Origin: an uncultured virus (IMG/VR IMGVR_UViG_3300020403_000008)
Taxonomy: Duplodnaviria > Heunggongvirae > Uroviricota > Caudoviricetes > Crassvirales
Length of the DNA: 64,000 nt
Strand: one strand, 5' to 3'
Virus record (IMG/VR): IMGVR_UViG_3300020403_000008
A program made the position numbers and the translations under genes. The notes under the pieces are model-generated. The model searched no databases and had not been told where the DNA came from. It was given only the letters and a program-made list of their open reading frames with translations. Shown piece after piece: positions 1 to 9,310 of this stretch (position 1 is its first letter; the number at the start of each line of letters is the position of its first letter).

Positions 1-1
1 A

Positions 2-616
2 AACGTAAACGCATTGATGAAAGGAGAAATGCTAGAACTACAAGGTATATCTAAAAAACAATACGATAGAGAAATAGCAATGCTAGAAGATAGACCTGAT
101 TTAGCTGCTAACATGGCTAAAAACTTAGACATGTATAACTTCTTTGTTAATGAAAAGAATTATGATTCTAGGGTAAGAAAAGACTTGTATAGAATGATGA
201 GAGAAAATGCTTCAGATGAAGATGTTTTAGAGTTAATTAAAAAGTCTAGCATAGATATTTACAAAAGAACACTTCAAAGTCCAGTTAGCAAAGACTTAAA
301 ATATAATCAGGAAGATGTAAGAAAAGCAGAGGTTAAATCTTTTAAAAGATACAAAGCCATATATCAAGGCTACAAAGCTTTACATGACCAGCCTAATTAT
401 CAAGGGACTGCTCTAGATAGTAAGTCTGTTGTTGACATGCTGTATGAGACTGACCCTGAAATGAAGTCATTGCTTCTTTATAAGTATTTAGATGGCAACC
501 ACGACAACAACTCTATAAACAAACTTAACAATCTACACTCTTCTATAACTGGCAAGAACATACCAAAGTCTGTTTTAGAAATGTTACAGTACAGAATACT
601 TTATTATGGTAAATAA
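2..616 (+). CDS. C-terminal fragment of a large protein entering from the left edge (possibly a large virion/ejection protein)
   Basis: Frame is open from base 2 to TAA 614-616; helical, charged sequence; converges on the leftward arm. Confidence 0.6.
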   Translation, partial: NVNALMKGEMLELQGISKKQYDREIAMLEDRPDLAANMAKNLDMYNFFVNEKNYDSRVRKDLYRMMRENASDEDVLELIKKSSIDIYKRTLQSPVSKDLKYNQEDVRKAEVKSFKRYKAIYQGYKALHDQPNYQGTALDSKSVVDMLYETDPEMKSLLLYKYLDGNHDNNSINKLNNLHSSITGKNIPKSVLEMLQYRILYYGK

Positions 617-647
617 AAAAAGCGCCTGGGTGTTACGACAGACGCTT
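615..647 (-). terminator. Rho-independent terminator of the leftward arm
   Basis: Minus strand AAGCGUCUG-10nt loop-CAGGCGCUU then a U-run; the stem has a U-G wobble on the minus strand but a C-A mismatch on the plus strand. Confidence 0.8.
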
Positions 648-690
648 ATTTACACTATAAGTAAAGGTTGAGAACCTTTAACAAGTTAAT
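615..690 (-). ncRNA. Candidate small regulatory RNA (two hairpins flanking a UUAUAGUGUAAAU linker)
   Basis: TAGCTTTG -7 box at 703-696; perfect 8-bp hairpin 662-680; linker complementary to four start-codon regions; terminator 615-647. Confidence 0.45.
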
Positions 691-695
691 CGGTA

Positions 696-703
696 CAAAG
701 CTA
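696..703 (-). promoter_or_regulatory. Bacteroidota -7 promoter element TAGCTTTG
   Basis: Matches TAnnTTTG; overlaps the stop codon of 701..1153; only non-coding DNA lies downstream; no clear -33 box. Confidence 0.45.
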
Positions 704-1153
704 CAAAATTTCTTTCAATAATTCACCCACCTTTTCACAATCTTTTTGATTCCGTGGCATAAATAGTTTGGCGTCAATATCACTATCATTCAAAAACTTT
801 TTAAACAGCTTCCATCTTATTGGAAACGATTCGTTTGGATTACCCTTACATTCTATAATAAATCGTGGAGGATACTCTTTATCTACAAAATCAGGAGTAT
901 ATTTTATTGGTAGTATTTTTTTATTACCCCTGTTATGTAATTGTTTCTTTGCTCTCGTTTTTTCAAATGAGTCGTTGTCAGAATGAAAACCATCTACAAT
1001 AACATAAGTTTGACCTTCGTAAGTAAATGGCACTTTCATCTTCTTTAGAATCCTGTACATGTGTAATTCTAACTTACTTGCAAACTCTATATTATCTTCT
1101 TTTACTTTTTTTGAGCGGGTGATTTGTCTTTTTGCTCTTCTTCTTCTAGTCAT
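701..1153 (-). CDS. PD-(D/E)XK endonuclease (T7 endonuclease I / Holliday junction resolvase-like)
   Basis: FASKLE, YTPDF and IIECKG motifs. Confidence 0.75.
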   Translation of the reverse strand: MTRRRRAKRQITRSKKVKEDNIEFASKLELHMYRILKKMKVPFTYEGQTYVIVDGFHSDNDSFEKTRAKKQLHNRGNKKILPIKYTPDFVDKEYPPRFIIECKGNPNESFPIRWKLFKKFLNDSDIDAKLFMPRNQKDCEKVGELLKEIL

Positions 1154-1589
1154 CTACATTACTTATCTCAGTCACAACAAAGCCCTGAGACACTAATTCT
1201 TGTTCTGCTTCCTCTATAGACTTTGAATAAACAACAGTTTCATTTAGAATCTGTTCTTCTTGTTTATTAAAATGCATTGTTGTGACATTGTATTTATTTA
1301 TTCCATTTAAATCGTTCCAGTACATCATTTCTTTTAGTTCTTTTAAAAACCCTGGGTGATTTGCAAAACAATATAAGGCTTCTAAATGAGAACACTCTAA
1401 CTCATCGCTTAAAAATTCTACGGAAGCTGTTGGAAATGTTGTAATTTCAATTCCTTGGTTTGAATCTAAGTCTATAAAAAAGAAAAGCTTATCCATAGGA
1501 ACTTTTTTTTTGCGCATCTCTTCCACGTATTCTGATAATACTTGTGCTTCGTAAACGTCAGGGTTCCTATTAAAAAGTATTCTTCGCAT
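1146..1589 (-). CDS. hypothetical protein
   Basis: ORF; ATG at 1589 lies 3 nt after TATATTTG (1600-1593). Confidence 0.65.
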   Translation of the reverse strand: MRRILFNRNPDVYEAQVLSEYVEEMRKKKVPMDKLFFFIDLDSNQGIEITTFPTASVEFLSDELECSHLEALYCFANHPGFLKELKEMMYWNDLNGINKYNVTTMHFNKQEEQILNETVVYSKSIEEAEQELVSQGFVVTEISNVDD

Positions 1590-1606
1590 ATACAAATATA
1601 CGAAGA

Positions 1607-1999
1607 CTATAGGCTCTCTTTTAGCTTGGTAATTTCGTACTTGTCGGCAAGTGTCATTAAAAAATCACGAACAGGAGCTTCGTGCTTATGTATTACAGCA
1701 TCTCTATAAACATACTTTACGTAACAGTTTTCCATGTCTATAATATCTGTTGTTTCTGTAGTGTGGAAACAGTAAACAACCCATGCTGGTCCATTTGTTT
1801 TTTCCCAACAATCTGCTAATCTTTCGAATAAAAGCTTTTGCCCTATCGGAACTTTCATCCCCTCCTTCTTTACTTCGAATATTATAAGATGTTTTTCATT
1901 AAATTCTAGTATGGCATCTATATCTGTAGGATGTATCTTGCTGTTGCCGATACCTTTGAAGTTTAAAACTTGCTTTATTCTCTCAGGAAACTTAATCAT
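1607..1999 (-). CDS. PD-(D/E)XK-like nuclease-fold protein
   Basis: PTDIDAILE...IIFEVK...GQ; start moved to ATG 1999, which is preceded by TTTACACT. Confidence 0.6.
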   Translation of the reverse strand: MIKFPERIKQVLNFKGIGNSKIHPTDIDAILEFNEKHLIIFEVKKEGMKVPIGQKLLFERLADCWEKTNGPAWVVYCFHTTETTDIIDMENCYVKYVYRDAVIHKHEAPVRDFLMTLADKYEITKLKESL

Positions 2000-2039
2000 A
2001 GTGTAAAAATATTGACTAAGATAACAATAAAAATGTTTT

Positions 2040-3203
2040 CTAAGCAAAAATATGTGTTAATCTTGCTATTTGTCCGTGCTGAGTGTGATGTAAGAAACCT
2101 TCTATAGCTCTGACGGCATGTTGATACCCATTTCTGTGATGCCAAGAGTCTGAACCACTAGGTGACCTCAAACTTTCTACAGTAACTCCAGGAAAATCTT
2201 TTGATGTTTTGTGGTGGACATGATGCGTATAATAATATCTGTGTATTGTTTCGGACCAGAGCTTTTTAGCTTCTTGTGCCATTAGTAAAGGCAGGTCCTG
2301 TGGTTTTGCTCCGTCTCCATGCGTTGTTCCTATTAAATTGTTGTGGTATTGAAAATACTTTCTGTGTGCTATACTAACATCAAACGTTATGTTTTTGCAT
2401 TTAGAGAAACAAGCAAGAATAACTTGAGCTAGAAAGAAACCATTGGTGTAGTCGTGATTGCTAGGATTAAACATAAAATGAACGTCAGCTGTCTGTAACA
2501 ACCTATCAATCACAGTTATGTACATGTCTCTAGCTTTCAGGAAATTTTCATACCACATTCCATCAGTATCTTGTGGTGTTCCAGATGTAGTTAATCTTTT
2601 TGGTGTGTCAATATGAAGAACATCATTCCCAGCTATAAATAATATCTTTTCTATTTTAAATCCTTCTGCTTTTTTAAGTATGCCAGCTACTCCTTCATGG
2701 ACTCTTTTGATAGCAATATCGCTATTGTATTCTTCGCCAGTCTCATAAGCACGTGCAAGTTTTCCGATGTGAATATCAGCAGGGTCAACAACAAGAAGGT
2801 ATTTATCATCTTTAACACGAATTGGCTTGCGATTGATTTCATATTTTATAGGGTATTTTTTAATTGCATCTACATGGTCTCTGAGCATTTGCTCAAATGA
2901 AGGTCCTTCGGCACTTGGTCTAAATTGTATTGACCAGTGTTTACCTTTGTACCACGCCTGTCTTACTGTTGAAGGGTCTATACCTACTTTTTCTGTTTCT
3001 TCAACTAGAGCAGGATTTTCTTGTTTTATTGCATGCTTTTGTAGATAGGAAGAAAACATTCTTCTGCCTTTTTCTATTGTCATGTCCATCTCTAAGGTTT
3101 CTATAGCTACCTCAGCAATTCTTGTCTTGTTGTTGGTTACACCTTTGTCCCAAAGGTCCATACATTTATCAAGAAATATTTGATGTTCAGATTTCCGTTT
3201 CAT
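2040..3203 (-). CDS. Calcineurin-like metallophosphoesterase
   Basis: DIHIG, GNDVLH, SNHD, HGD and HVHH motifs. Confidence 0.85.
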   Translation of the reverse strand: MKRKSEHQIFLDKCMDLWDKGVTNNKTRIAEVAIETLEMDMTIEKGRRMFSSYLQKHAIKQENPALVEETEKVGIDPSTVRQAWYKGKHWSIQFRPSAEGPSFEQMLRDHVDAIKKYPIKYEINRKPIRVKDDKYLLVVDPADIHIGKLARAYETGEEYNSDIAIKRVHEGVAGILKKAEGFKIEKILFIAGNDVLHIDTPKRLTTSGTPQDTDGMWYENFLKARDMYITVIDRLLQTADVHFMFNPSNHDYTNGFFLAQVILACFSKCKNITFDVSIAHRKYFQYHNNLIGTTHGDGAKPQDLPLLMAQEAKKLWSETIHRYYYTHHVHHKTSKDFPGVTVESLRSPSGSDSWHHRNGYQHAVRAIEGFLHHTQHGQIARLTHIFA

Positions 3204-3372
3204 CGTCTTCCTTTATTAAGTTTTGGAGGATGTCAACGGCGCCAACTAATCTTCTTACCGAAGACTTAGCCTGTTGTTTGTCTATGTCAAGTAGAGAGTC
3301 GCATGTATCTGCCACATCATCGTGTAGCTCCTCACATACTTTTATTATAAATTTTTCTCTTGGTGTAAACAT
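3187..3372 (-). CDS. hypothetical protein
   Basis: ORF tightly packed in the operon. Confidence 0.6.
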   Translation of the reverse strand: MFTPREKFIIKVCEELHDDVADTCDSLLDIDKQQAKSSVRRLVGAVDILQNLIKEDDETEI

Positions 3373-3374
3373 TC

Positions 3375-3665
3375 TTAAACATCATCTTGATGCCGAAGAA
3401 ATACGTTTCCTAAGTTAGTGTCAATTTTCTTGATTCCTCTGTAGATAATTTTAGACTTACTGATTACAGCTTTCTTGTCTTTTTTTAAATTCGTGCAATC
3501 AAGATGCCCGTGCAATGTGTGGTCGTAAAATAATAGTTTATCAATTTTGGCTCTATCACTCCACGAAACTCTTGACAAAACTTTAGAAACTAATTCCTCC
3601 AACTGAACCCTTTCAGATTCTAACTCTAAGGCATTCCTCTCTTTTTTGTTCAATTCGTATTTCAT
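3375..3665 (-). CDS. hypothetical protein
   Basis: ORF downstream of TAGATTTG (3694-3687). Confidence 0.7.
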   Translation of the reverse strand: MKYELNKKERNALELESERVQLEELVSKVLSRVSWSDRAKIDKLLFYDHTLHGHLDCTNLKKDKKAVISKSKIIYRGIKKIDTNLGNVFLRHQDDV

Positions 3666-3701
3666 GGATTTGATTTAATTTTTTTACAAATCTAATCTAA
3701 G

Positions 3702-3962
3702 TTAAACACTTTTTTTGTATTTATCGTATAGTTTTATGTATAAATCCCACATTTCTTGTTGCATTTCGCATTGTGTGTAGTCTTTTGGTGACATTGTTAT
3801 ACGGTTTTTTGCTAGTGGATTTTCTATTTCTACATGTAGTTTTTTGTTTTTCCAAACTGGATATGTCTTAATACCAAGTCTATGACACCAAAGCATTTTT
3901 TTATAATGTTCAGGCGTTACCCTTACATCACAAGGTTTTATTTTTTTAGGTTTTTTAAACAT
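3702..3962 (-). CDS. hypothetical protein
   Basis: ORF coupled to the primase-helicase stop codon. Confidence 0.65.
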   Translation of the reverse strand: MFKKPKKIKPCDVRVTPEHYKKMLWCHRLGIKTYPVWKNKKLHVEIENPLAKNRITMSPKDYTQCEMQQEMWDLYIKLYDKYKKSV

Positions 3963-5758
3963 TAAAACAAGTCGTCATCGTTTTGATGTATTTTTTCTCT
4001 GTCTATTCCTGCCCATGGATTATCAGGCTTCATTCTTGGTTCTATGTAATACTTGTCACTTATCATGCTATTAGTGTTTGGTTCAACATTGACAGCATTA
4101 TATCTACCGCTAGGCAGGTCATATCTAAAAACTTGTTCCTCCAGGGTCTCTCCTTGGAACTTCATCTTTTGTTTTAGTGACTTAACAACAACGTCATCTT
4201 TTCTATAATCATTATAGTCTCTAAAATATCTATAAACAAGCATTCCATCATGACATATATTTTTAAAGTCAGCACTTCCGCTTACACTGTAAAGGTCAGG
4301 CTGTTTGTAATATCCTAAATCATCCTTTTGCATTTTAGTTGGATGAGCCACAAGAAATATCATGACATCATACTGTTGTGCAAAATTTGTAAGTTTAGTT
4401 AGTGTTGTTCTAATCTGAGACAGCTCATTGTTTTTACCGCTCATTTCTACTTTATTAAAGGCATCAATCACAAAAATATCTACACCATAAGAATAAACTT
4501 GTTCCTTAAATCTTTCTAACAACCAAGTCCATGTCGGTCTTTCGTTTTCAGGATATGTTATATAAACCTTTTCTTTGGACCACTTTATGTATGATTCTAT
4601 GTCTTGTTCTGATACTTTTTCTCTGTCAGGATTTGTCATGAAAAAGTTTTTAGCAAACACCTTTTCTATAAAAGTCGATTGATGTAATGCCATAGGATGA
4701 TGTTCAGGAGAATAAAATGAAGCTTTCATGTTATAATCCTTAACTAAATTAAGAACGTACCACTCTACAAAATTAGATTTACCGTGTGAGGGTATTCCTG
4801 TAACTACAGTCAAGTGACCTCGCATAGTTGTAAATGCGTCTTTTAGTCCACCGAAGCTATAACATTTAGGGTATATGGTCTTTGGTTTTCCGTGCTTGTG
4901 TAAAGTGTAGATGTCATCAGAAATATCATCAGCGGTGAACGTTCCGCTTGCTGGATACTTTTGGCTTGATGATAGTGAATTTTGTAGACCAATTTTTCCC
5001 CCATCTATGAGGTCTCCGTTCGCATCTTTGTTTTGAAATAAAATTCTTTCGCATCTGTATCTTCCTAATCTGTGTGCTATTCTGTCTGCAAGAGCTTCTC
5101 CCTTGTCGTCATTGTCGGTGCAAATATAAAACTTCTTTACATCTGATAAATATTTCTCTGAGTGTTTCCAGTAATTATCATTGTCATTAGCTCCGTTAGG
5201 AACAGAAATAGCATTCTTTACTCCTACTTCCCACATTGCTAAAACATCAAACTCTCCCTCCATAATGTAAACCTCATCCTTTCCTATAATATTATTTATG
5301 TTATAAAAAATAGGTTTTCCATCTTTTGATTGAGTAAAATTTTTACCTGAGTCTCTAAACTTTTTATTTACAATTTTATCTCCTTCAAAATAATTAAAGA
5401 CAAAACAATTCATCTCTTTATTTTTTTGTGGGATATAACATTTTTCTTGTGTAATTTTCATGTCAATCAATGTCTGCTGAGATATTCTTCTTGACTCTGC
5501 AAACTTGACAAACTGGTCGCTAAATTTAGTGTGATTTTCCCACTGCTGTGGAGGTAAAGTAAACTCAATCTTATCGTCTTCTCTGATAGATATAGCTTCA
5601 CAATAATGGCACTTAGCAACACCCTTAGCTACATTGACACTTAAACTTCTGTCTGATTTGTTTGTTCGCCTATCAATACAAGACGGGCATTTAACTTTAA
5701 CTTGTCCTGATTTACCGCTGATTAACTGGCTAACTTGTTCCCAATCTATTTTATCCAT
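3962..5758 (-). CDS. Twinkle/T7 gp4-like DNA primase-helicase
   Basis: Zn domain CPSC..CHYC; TOPRIM EGEFD and DNDDKG; Walker A GIPSHGKS; VAHP; SGSADF. Confidence 0.92.
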   Translation of the reverse strand: MDKIDWEQVSQLISGKSGQVKVKCPSCIDRRTNKSDRSLSVNVAKGVAKCHYCEAISIREDDKIEFTLPPQQWENHTKFSDQFVKFAESRRISQQTLIDMKITQEKCYIPQKNKEMNCFVFNYFEGDKIVNKKFRDSGKNFTQSKDGKPIFYNINNIIGKDEVYIMEGEFDVLAMWEVGVKNAISVPNGANDNDNYWKHSEKYLSDVKKFYICTDNDDKGEALADRIAHRLGRYRCERILFQNKDANGDLIDGGKIGLQNSLSSSQKYPASGTFTADDISDDIYTLHKHGKPKTIYPKCYSFGGLKDAFTTMRGHLTVVTGIPSHGKSNFVEWYVLNLVKDYNMKASFYSPEHHPMALHQSTFIEKVFAKNFFMTNPDREKVSEQDIESYIKWSKEKVYITYPENERPTWTWLLERFKEQVYSYGVDIFVIDAFNKVEMSGKNNELSQIRTTLTKLTNFAQQYDVMIFLVAHPTKMQKDDLGYYKQPDLYSVSGSADFKNICHDGMLVYRYFRDYNDYRKDDVVVKSLKQKMKFQGETLEEQVFRYDLPSGRYNAVNVEPNTNSMISDKYYIEPRMKPDNPWAGIDREKIHQNDDDLF

Positions 5759-5760
5759 AC

Positions 5761-6405
5761 TTACATTGTTATGTTATCATGTCTGTTTTGCTCACTCTTC
5801 CTGAGGAAGCCAGCAAAGGTCTTTTTAAAACTTTGCAAAGTTATCTGATATTGTCCTTTACCGTGTAGAAAATCTCTAAAAGTTTCCATTCTCCTTTTTA
5901 CTATGTATGGTTTTTTACTGTTTTTCATACATAAATGCTCTATGTACAATGCATCCTCAGAAACCTTTTTAATAATGATGTTGATGTCTTCTGCAACATT
6001 ATTTACATTATTAACCTTATTAACATTATTAGTAGTGGTTATCGGTTGGTTAATAGCTGGTTGTTGGTTGGTTAACGGTTGGTTATCCCCTTCCTTGATT
6101 TGGTACTCATCGTACTTATTTACAGTGATTAACGTGTGCATTGGGTTGGTTGAAACCTTAATCTCTTTTGTTTCAGTTAGGTGTCGAAGTGCTGTTCGTA
6201 TTTTCTGCCTACTCAACCCTAGCTCAACCGCTAATTTATCTGCACTTGTGATAAAGGTGCCACGTTTTATTTTTATTCCTTCCCACTCTTTATCTTTAAA
6301 ATTAGCTTTGAGTAGAATATGAATAAACAAACGAAAAGTGTTTGGTCTTTTATACCACTTCCAGTCTTTAATCTTTCTGTTAAGAGATATAAAATTAGAT
6401 TTCAT
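5761..6405 (-). CDS. Phage replication initiator / replisome organiser (N-terminal winged HTH)
   Basis: FISLNRKIKDWKWY..FIHILLKAN..KRGTFITS..LAVELGLS pattern, followed by a low-complexity N/Q linker. Confidence 0.7.
   Translation of the reverse strand: MKSNFISLNRKIKDWKWYKRPNTFRLFIHILLKANFKDKEWEGIKIKRGTFITSADKLAVELGLSRQKIRTALRHLTETKEIKVSTNPMHTLITVNKYDEYQIKEGDNQPLTNQQPAINQPITTTNNVNKVNNVNNVAEDINIIIKKVSEDALYIEHLCMKNSKKPYIVKRRMETFRDFLHGKGQYQITLQSFKKTFAGFLRKSEQNRHDNITM
5995..6083. repeat. Iteron-like repeats inside the initiator gene
   Basis: 9-bp AACATTATT-type tandem units (5995-6030) and repeated GGTTGGTT (6044-6083). Confidence 0.55.
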
Positions 6406-6901
6406 TTACATCAAACTTCTTAAGTTTCTCTTCTAGTTTTTTTGTGTAGTCACGATAGAATTTGATTTTCACTTTAGCTTGATGAAATTTTCTTATATAC
6501 TTTTTTTGTATTTGATTCAACGTAACACCTTCCTCAACTGGAGTTTCTCTGTCTTTTAATTTTGATAAAAGAAATGGAAACATGTCGAGTATTTCCTGTT
6601 CAGCTCTGAGATAACATCTGTAAGCTTTTTTATTGTTCAGAACAAAGACCTCAAAATTCTTTTTGTAGTGACAAATTGTGCTGTGGTCCCTGCCCATGTA
6701 TTGAGCAATTTTCTCGAAGCTTTCTTCTGCATAATCAAGGCATAACTTAACAAAGAATGCTCTGACATCAACTGTGCTTCTTTTTCTGTTGTCTGCTAAA
6801 TAATCTACATCAGTGTACCTTTTGTAAATTGTATCTATATCCGATAACGTTGGATATAATCCAAGGGAAGTTTCTTCCATACCTGTTTTGTATTGTTTCA
6901 T
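6395..6901 (-). CDS. DnaA domain IV-like HTH protein
   Basis: FEKIAQYMGRDHSTICH resembles the DnaA C-terminal RDHTTV signature. Confidence 0.7.
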   Translation of the reverse strand: MKQYKTGMEETSLGLYPTLSDIDTIYKRYTDVDYLADNRKRSTVDVRAFFVKLCLDYAEESFEKIAQYMGRDHSTICHYKKNFEVFVLNNKKAYRCYLRAEQEILDMFPFLLSKLKDRETPVEEGVTLNQIQKKYIRKFHQAKVKIKFYRDYTKKLEEKLKKFDVNEI

Positions 6902-6920
6902 TTAAATTAAATAATGGTTC

Positions 6921-6950
6921 AAAAAAAAAGGGGAGGGGTTACCTCCCCCG
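6921..6950 (-). terminator. Rho-independent terminator after SSB
   Basis: GGGGAGG-loop-CCTCCCC followed by a T-run on the minus strand. Confidence 0.85.
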
Positions 6951-6963
6951 AATTAACTAATCA

Positions 6964-7293
6964 CTAACCAAATAAATCATCGTCATCCGATGAAGTGCTA
7001 TTTGTAGTAGTTCCTGCTGGCTCACATCCAAATGTATCTACCTTCATGTACCCTTCAGGTTTATCAGGTGTACCGTTTAGGTTGCTTATGTTTACATCTA
7101 GCCTTACCTGAGGCTCTCCTTTGTATAAGCTATGCCTTGTAGGGTCTTTCAAAGCCTCCTGTAACCAGTCAACAAAATACTTGTTTACTACTACTTTTCC
7201 TTTTGCCCAATCGGGCTGTGTTGGTCTTGACGGAAAAAATATCATTCCATCAGGTCTCATTGGGTCTTTTTTCTTTTCTTCTTGTTGTTGCAT
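6964..7293 (-). CDS. putative single-stranded DNA-binding protein
   Basis: Small beta-rich protein with acidic tail SDDDDLFG, next to SSAP and exonuclease. Confidence 0.65.
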   Translation of the reverse strand: MQQQEEKKKDPMRPDGMIFFPSRPTQPDWAKGKVVVNKYFVDWLQEALKDPTRHSLYKGEPQVRLDVNISNLNGTPDKPEGYMKVDTFGCEPAGTTTNSTSSDDDDLFG

Positions 7294-8063
7294 TATATTA
7301 AAAATTTAATTACGTGTTGTGAAGCATCTTCCCCTGCTCCCTTAGGGTCTACATATTTGTAGTATTGTTCTTCTGCTTGTCTTACAAGCTCCTGACCTTT
7401 TTCAATAGCATAATCTGATATTTCAGGCATGGCTATTTGAAAAGTGTTTTTATCTATGACTACAAGCTGATAGTTTGCATCAAATAACTGAGAATAAATG
7501 TAAGCTTGACTGTGGTAGTTGTAAGAATAAAAACTGTTTTTAAAATTTTTCATGCTTGCTGTAGTTTTCAAGTCTACAACAAGATTTCTTTCTCTATTAA
7601 ATACATCAGCTTTTCCCTTCCAGAGGTATCTGCTTCCATCCAGAACCATACCCACCTCAGGGACTTCTTTATCTGATTGAGTTATGTCAATCATGTCAAA
7701 TACCTCTTTAACATTCATTAGCCTGTCTGCCATTCTTTTTGCCTGTTCAACCTCAACATCGAGCAAGAAGTCAGAATTAGACTCAGCTTTTTTAGTTTGA
7801 TAGGCTTTTGTGTTTCTGCTTTTAACATTTACAGTTTCCCACTCTGATGTTTTTTCAGGCTCTAAAATTTCTTGATGAAAATATCTACCAAAAAGCATTT
7901 CAGGACTAGGTGCTTCTCTTTCTCCTGATTCTTTTTGTATCTTAAATTTTTGTGGATTCTTCATGAGCTCAAGAATATCTGAATTTGACAGATAGCTTTG
8001 CCCTAGCTTTCCATAATAATTATCATCATCTTGGAGCTGTTCAATTAGCTTAGACTTATCCAT
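7293..8063 (-). CDS. PD-(D/E)XK exonuclease (RecE/DUF3799-like)
   Basis: LSNSDI, FGRYFH, KGKAD, VDLKTT and YHSQAYIY motifs. Confidence 0.85.
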   Translation of the reverse strand: MDKSKLIEQLQDDDNYYGKLGQSYLSNSDILELMKNPQKFKIQKESGEREAPSPEMLFGRYFHQEILEPEKTSEWETVNVKSRNTKAYQTKKAESNSDFLLDVEVEQAKRMADRLMNVKEVFDMIDITQSDKEVPEVGMVLDGSRYLWKGKADVFNRERNLVVDLKTTASMKNFKNSFYSYNYHSQAYIYSQLFDANYQLVVIDKNTFQIAMPEISDYAIEKGQELVRQAEEQYYKYVDPKGAGEDASQHVIKFLI

Positions 8064-8688
8064 TGACCTCTTTTGTTAAAGTTTTTAAATCCTCCTTAGA
8101 AAGCCTGTGTGTTTTTAATAGACCATCTATGCTACCTTTACCACTTTTGATGCCGTCTACAGCCTTCTTAAATAGCTCTGTGCCTGCTTTAATTTCTTTT
8201 CTAGTGTCGGTATTAGTTGATTGCTTTTCAGTTTCAGGCAAATCTTCTCCAGCATATATATATAATCCTAATCCAAACATTGCAAGATTTTTGGTCAAAC
8301 ACCTCATCAATGTAGAGTTGATTTCAAACATGGTTGCGGCTTGAACATTTAGTTTTTTGCCCCATGAAGTTACATACGTGTAGGGCTCAAGCTTCATCGC
8401 TGTATTGTTATTATCCATAACAGGTAACCACATTGTTTTTTTAGGCTCATTAGGGGATGTACGCACCCAAGTTTCACACATGAGCCCAGCTGATGATAGT
8501 GAATAGGGTTGCCACACGCCGTCCTTATCTCTTGTCTTAATTATGCCGTAAGTTGATTCAGGATAATGCTTCATGAATTGAGCCCAAGCCCAAGACCATG
8601 AGAGGTAAGTTAGTTTTCCTTTTTTCTCTGTGTTTTCATTTACGTTGAGAGAGAACAACGTTTCAAATGTAGATTTTTGTTTTGTCAT
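8056..8688 (-). CDS. Sak3-type single-strand annealing protein (DUF1071)
   Basis: LTYLSWSWAW, MWLPVMD and RCLTKNLAMFGLGLYIYAGEDLP motifs. Confidence 0.9.
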   Translation of the reverse strand: MTKQKSTFETLFSLNVNENTEKKGKLTYLSWSWAWAQFMKHYPESTYGIIKTRDKDGVWQPYSLSSAGLMCETWVRTSPNEPKKTMWLPVMDNNNTAMKLEPYTYVTSWGKKLNVQAATMFEINSTLMRCLTKNLAMFGLGLYIYAGEDLPETEKQSTNTDTRKEIKAGTELFKKAVDGIKSGKGSIDGLLKTHRLSKEDLKTLTKEVNG

Positions 8689-9143
8689 TTTATTAAATTT
8701 AAATTTATTGTTTTACCACTTAAGTAAATTGAGTCTATTTTTTTTGATAGAGACTCTACTATCTCTTCATAATTTTCAGGTCTATTTTTTGTTTTTAATA
8801 TTTTTTTAATTGCCTTTTTCTTAGAGGAAATTCTAAGAGTTCTGCTGTACACAGCCAGCCCATGCTCCATGCATAATTCAATATGCTCGTCACTGACTGG
8901 TGTATACATGTCAGAATTTGTATTGTAGAGGTCGTATTTAACAAACGAGTTTTTCGTGTAACGCTCCAATAATATTTTGGGGTAGTAAAATTTTTCAATA
9001 CATGTAACTTCACTACTTGTTTCTGTTTTGTGAACGTGTTTCTTTGCCCCGTTGTTTTGGTCCTCCCTCTCGAATAGATACTTTAGTTTCCCCTGACGTG
9101 TTTTGACGTCCTGCTGAAACAGTTCCTGCTGTTCTTCTTGCAT
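8685..9143 (-). CDS. hypothetical protein
   Basis: ORF overlaps the SSAP start (ATGA). Confidence 0.7.
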   Translation of the reverse strand: MQEEQQELFQQDVKTRQGKLKYLFEREDQNNGAKKHVHKTETSSEVTCIEKFYYPKILLERYTKNSFVKYDLYNTNSDMYTPVSDEHIELCMEHGLAVYSRTLRISSKKKAIKKILKTKNRPENYEEIVESLSKKIDSIYLSGKTINLNLIK

Positions 9144-9309
9144 GTCTCTCTAATTTAGCTTTGGCATCTTGTGTCATTACCTCTAAGAGAGCGCATTTAA
9201 TTTTCAGCTTACTGATTTCCTTTTTCAGGACCTCAACGTGAGTCAGTAAAAATCCTCTGTCATCGTAAGGTGTGTTATCAATTATAATCCTACCTTTTTT
9301 GCCAGCCAT
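9013..9309 (-). CDS. hypothetical coiled-coil protein
   Basis: ATG 9309 just after the upstream stop; 3' end overlaps the next gene by ~130 nt. Confidence 0.55.
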   Translation of the reverse strand: MAGKKGRIIIDNTPYDDRGFLLTHVEVLKKEISKLKIKCALLEVMTQDAKAKLERHARRTAGTVSAGRQNTSGETKVSIREGGPKQRGKETRSQNRNK

Positions 9310-9310
9310 C

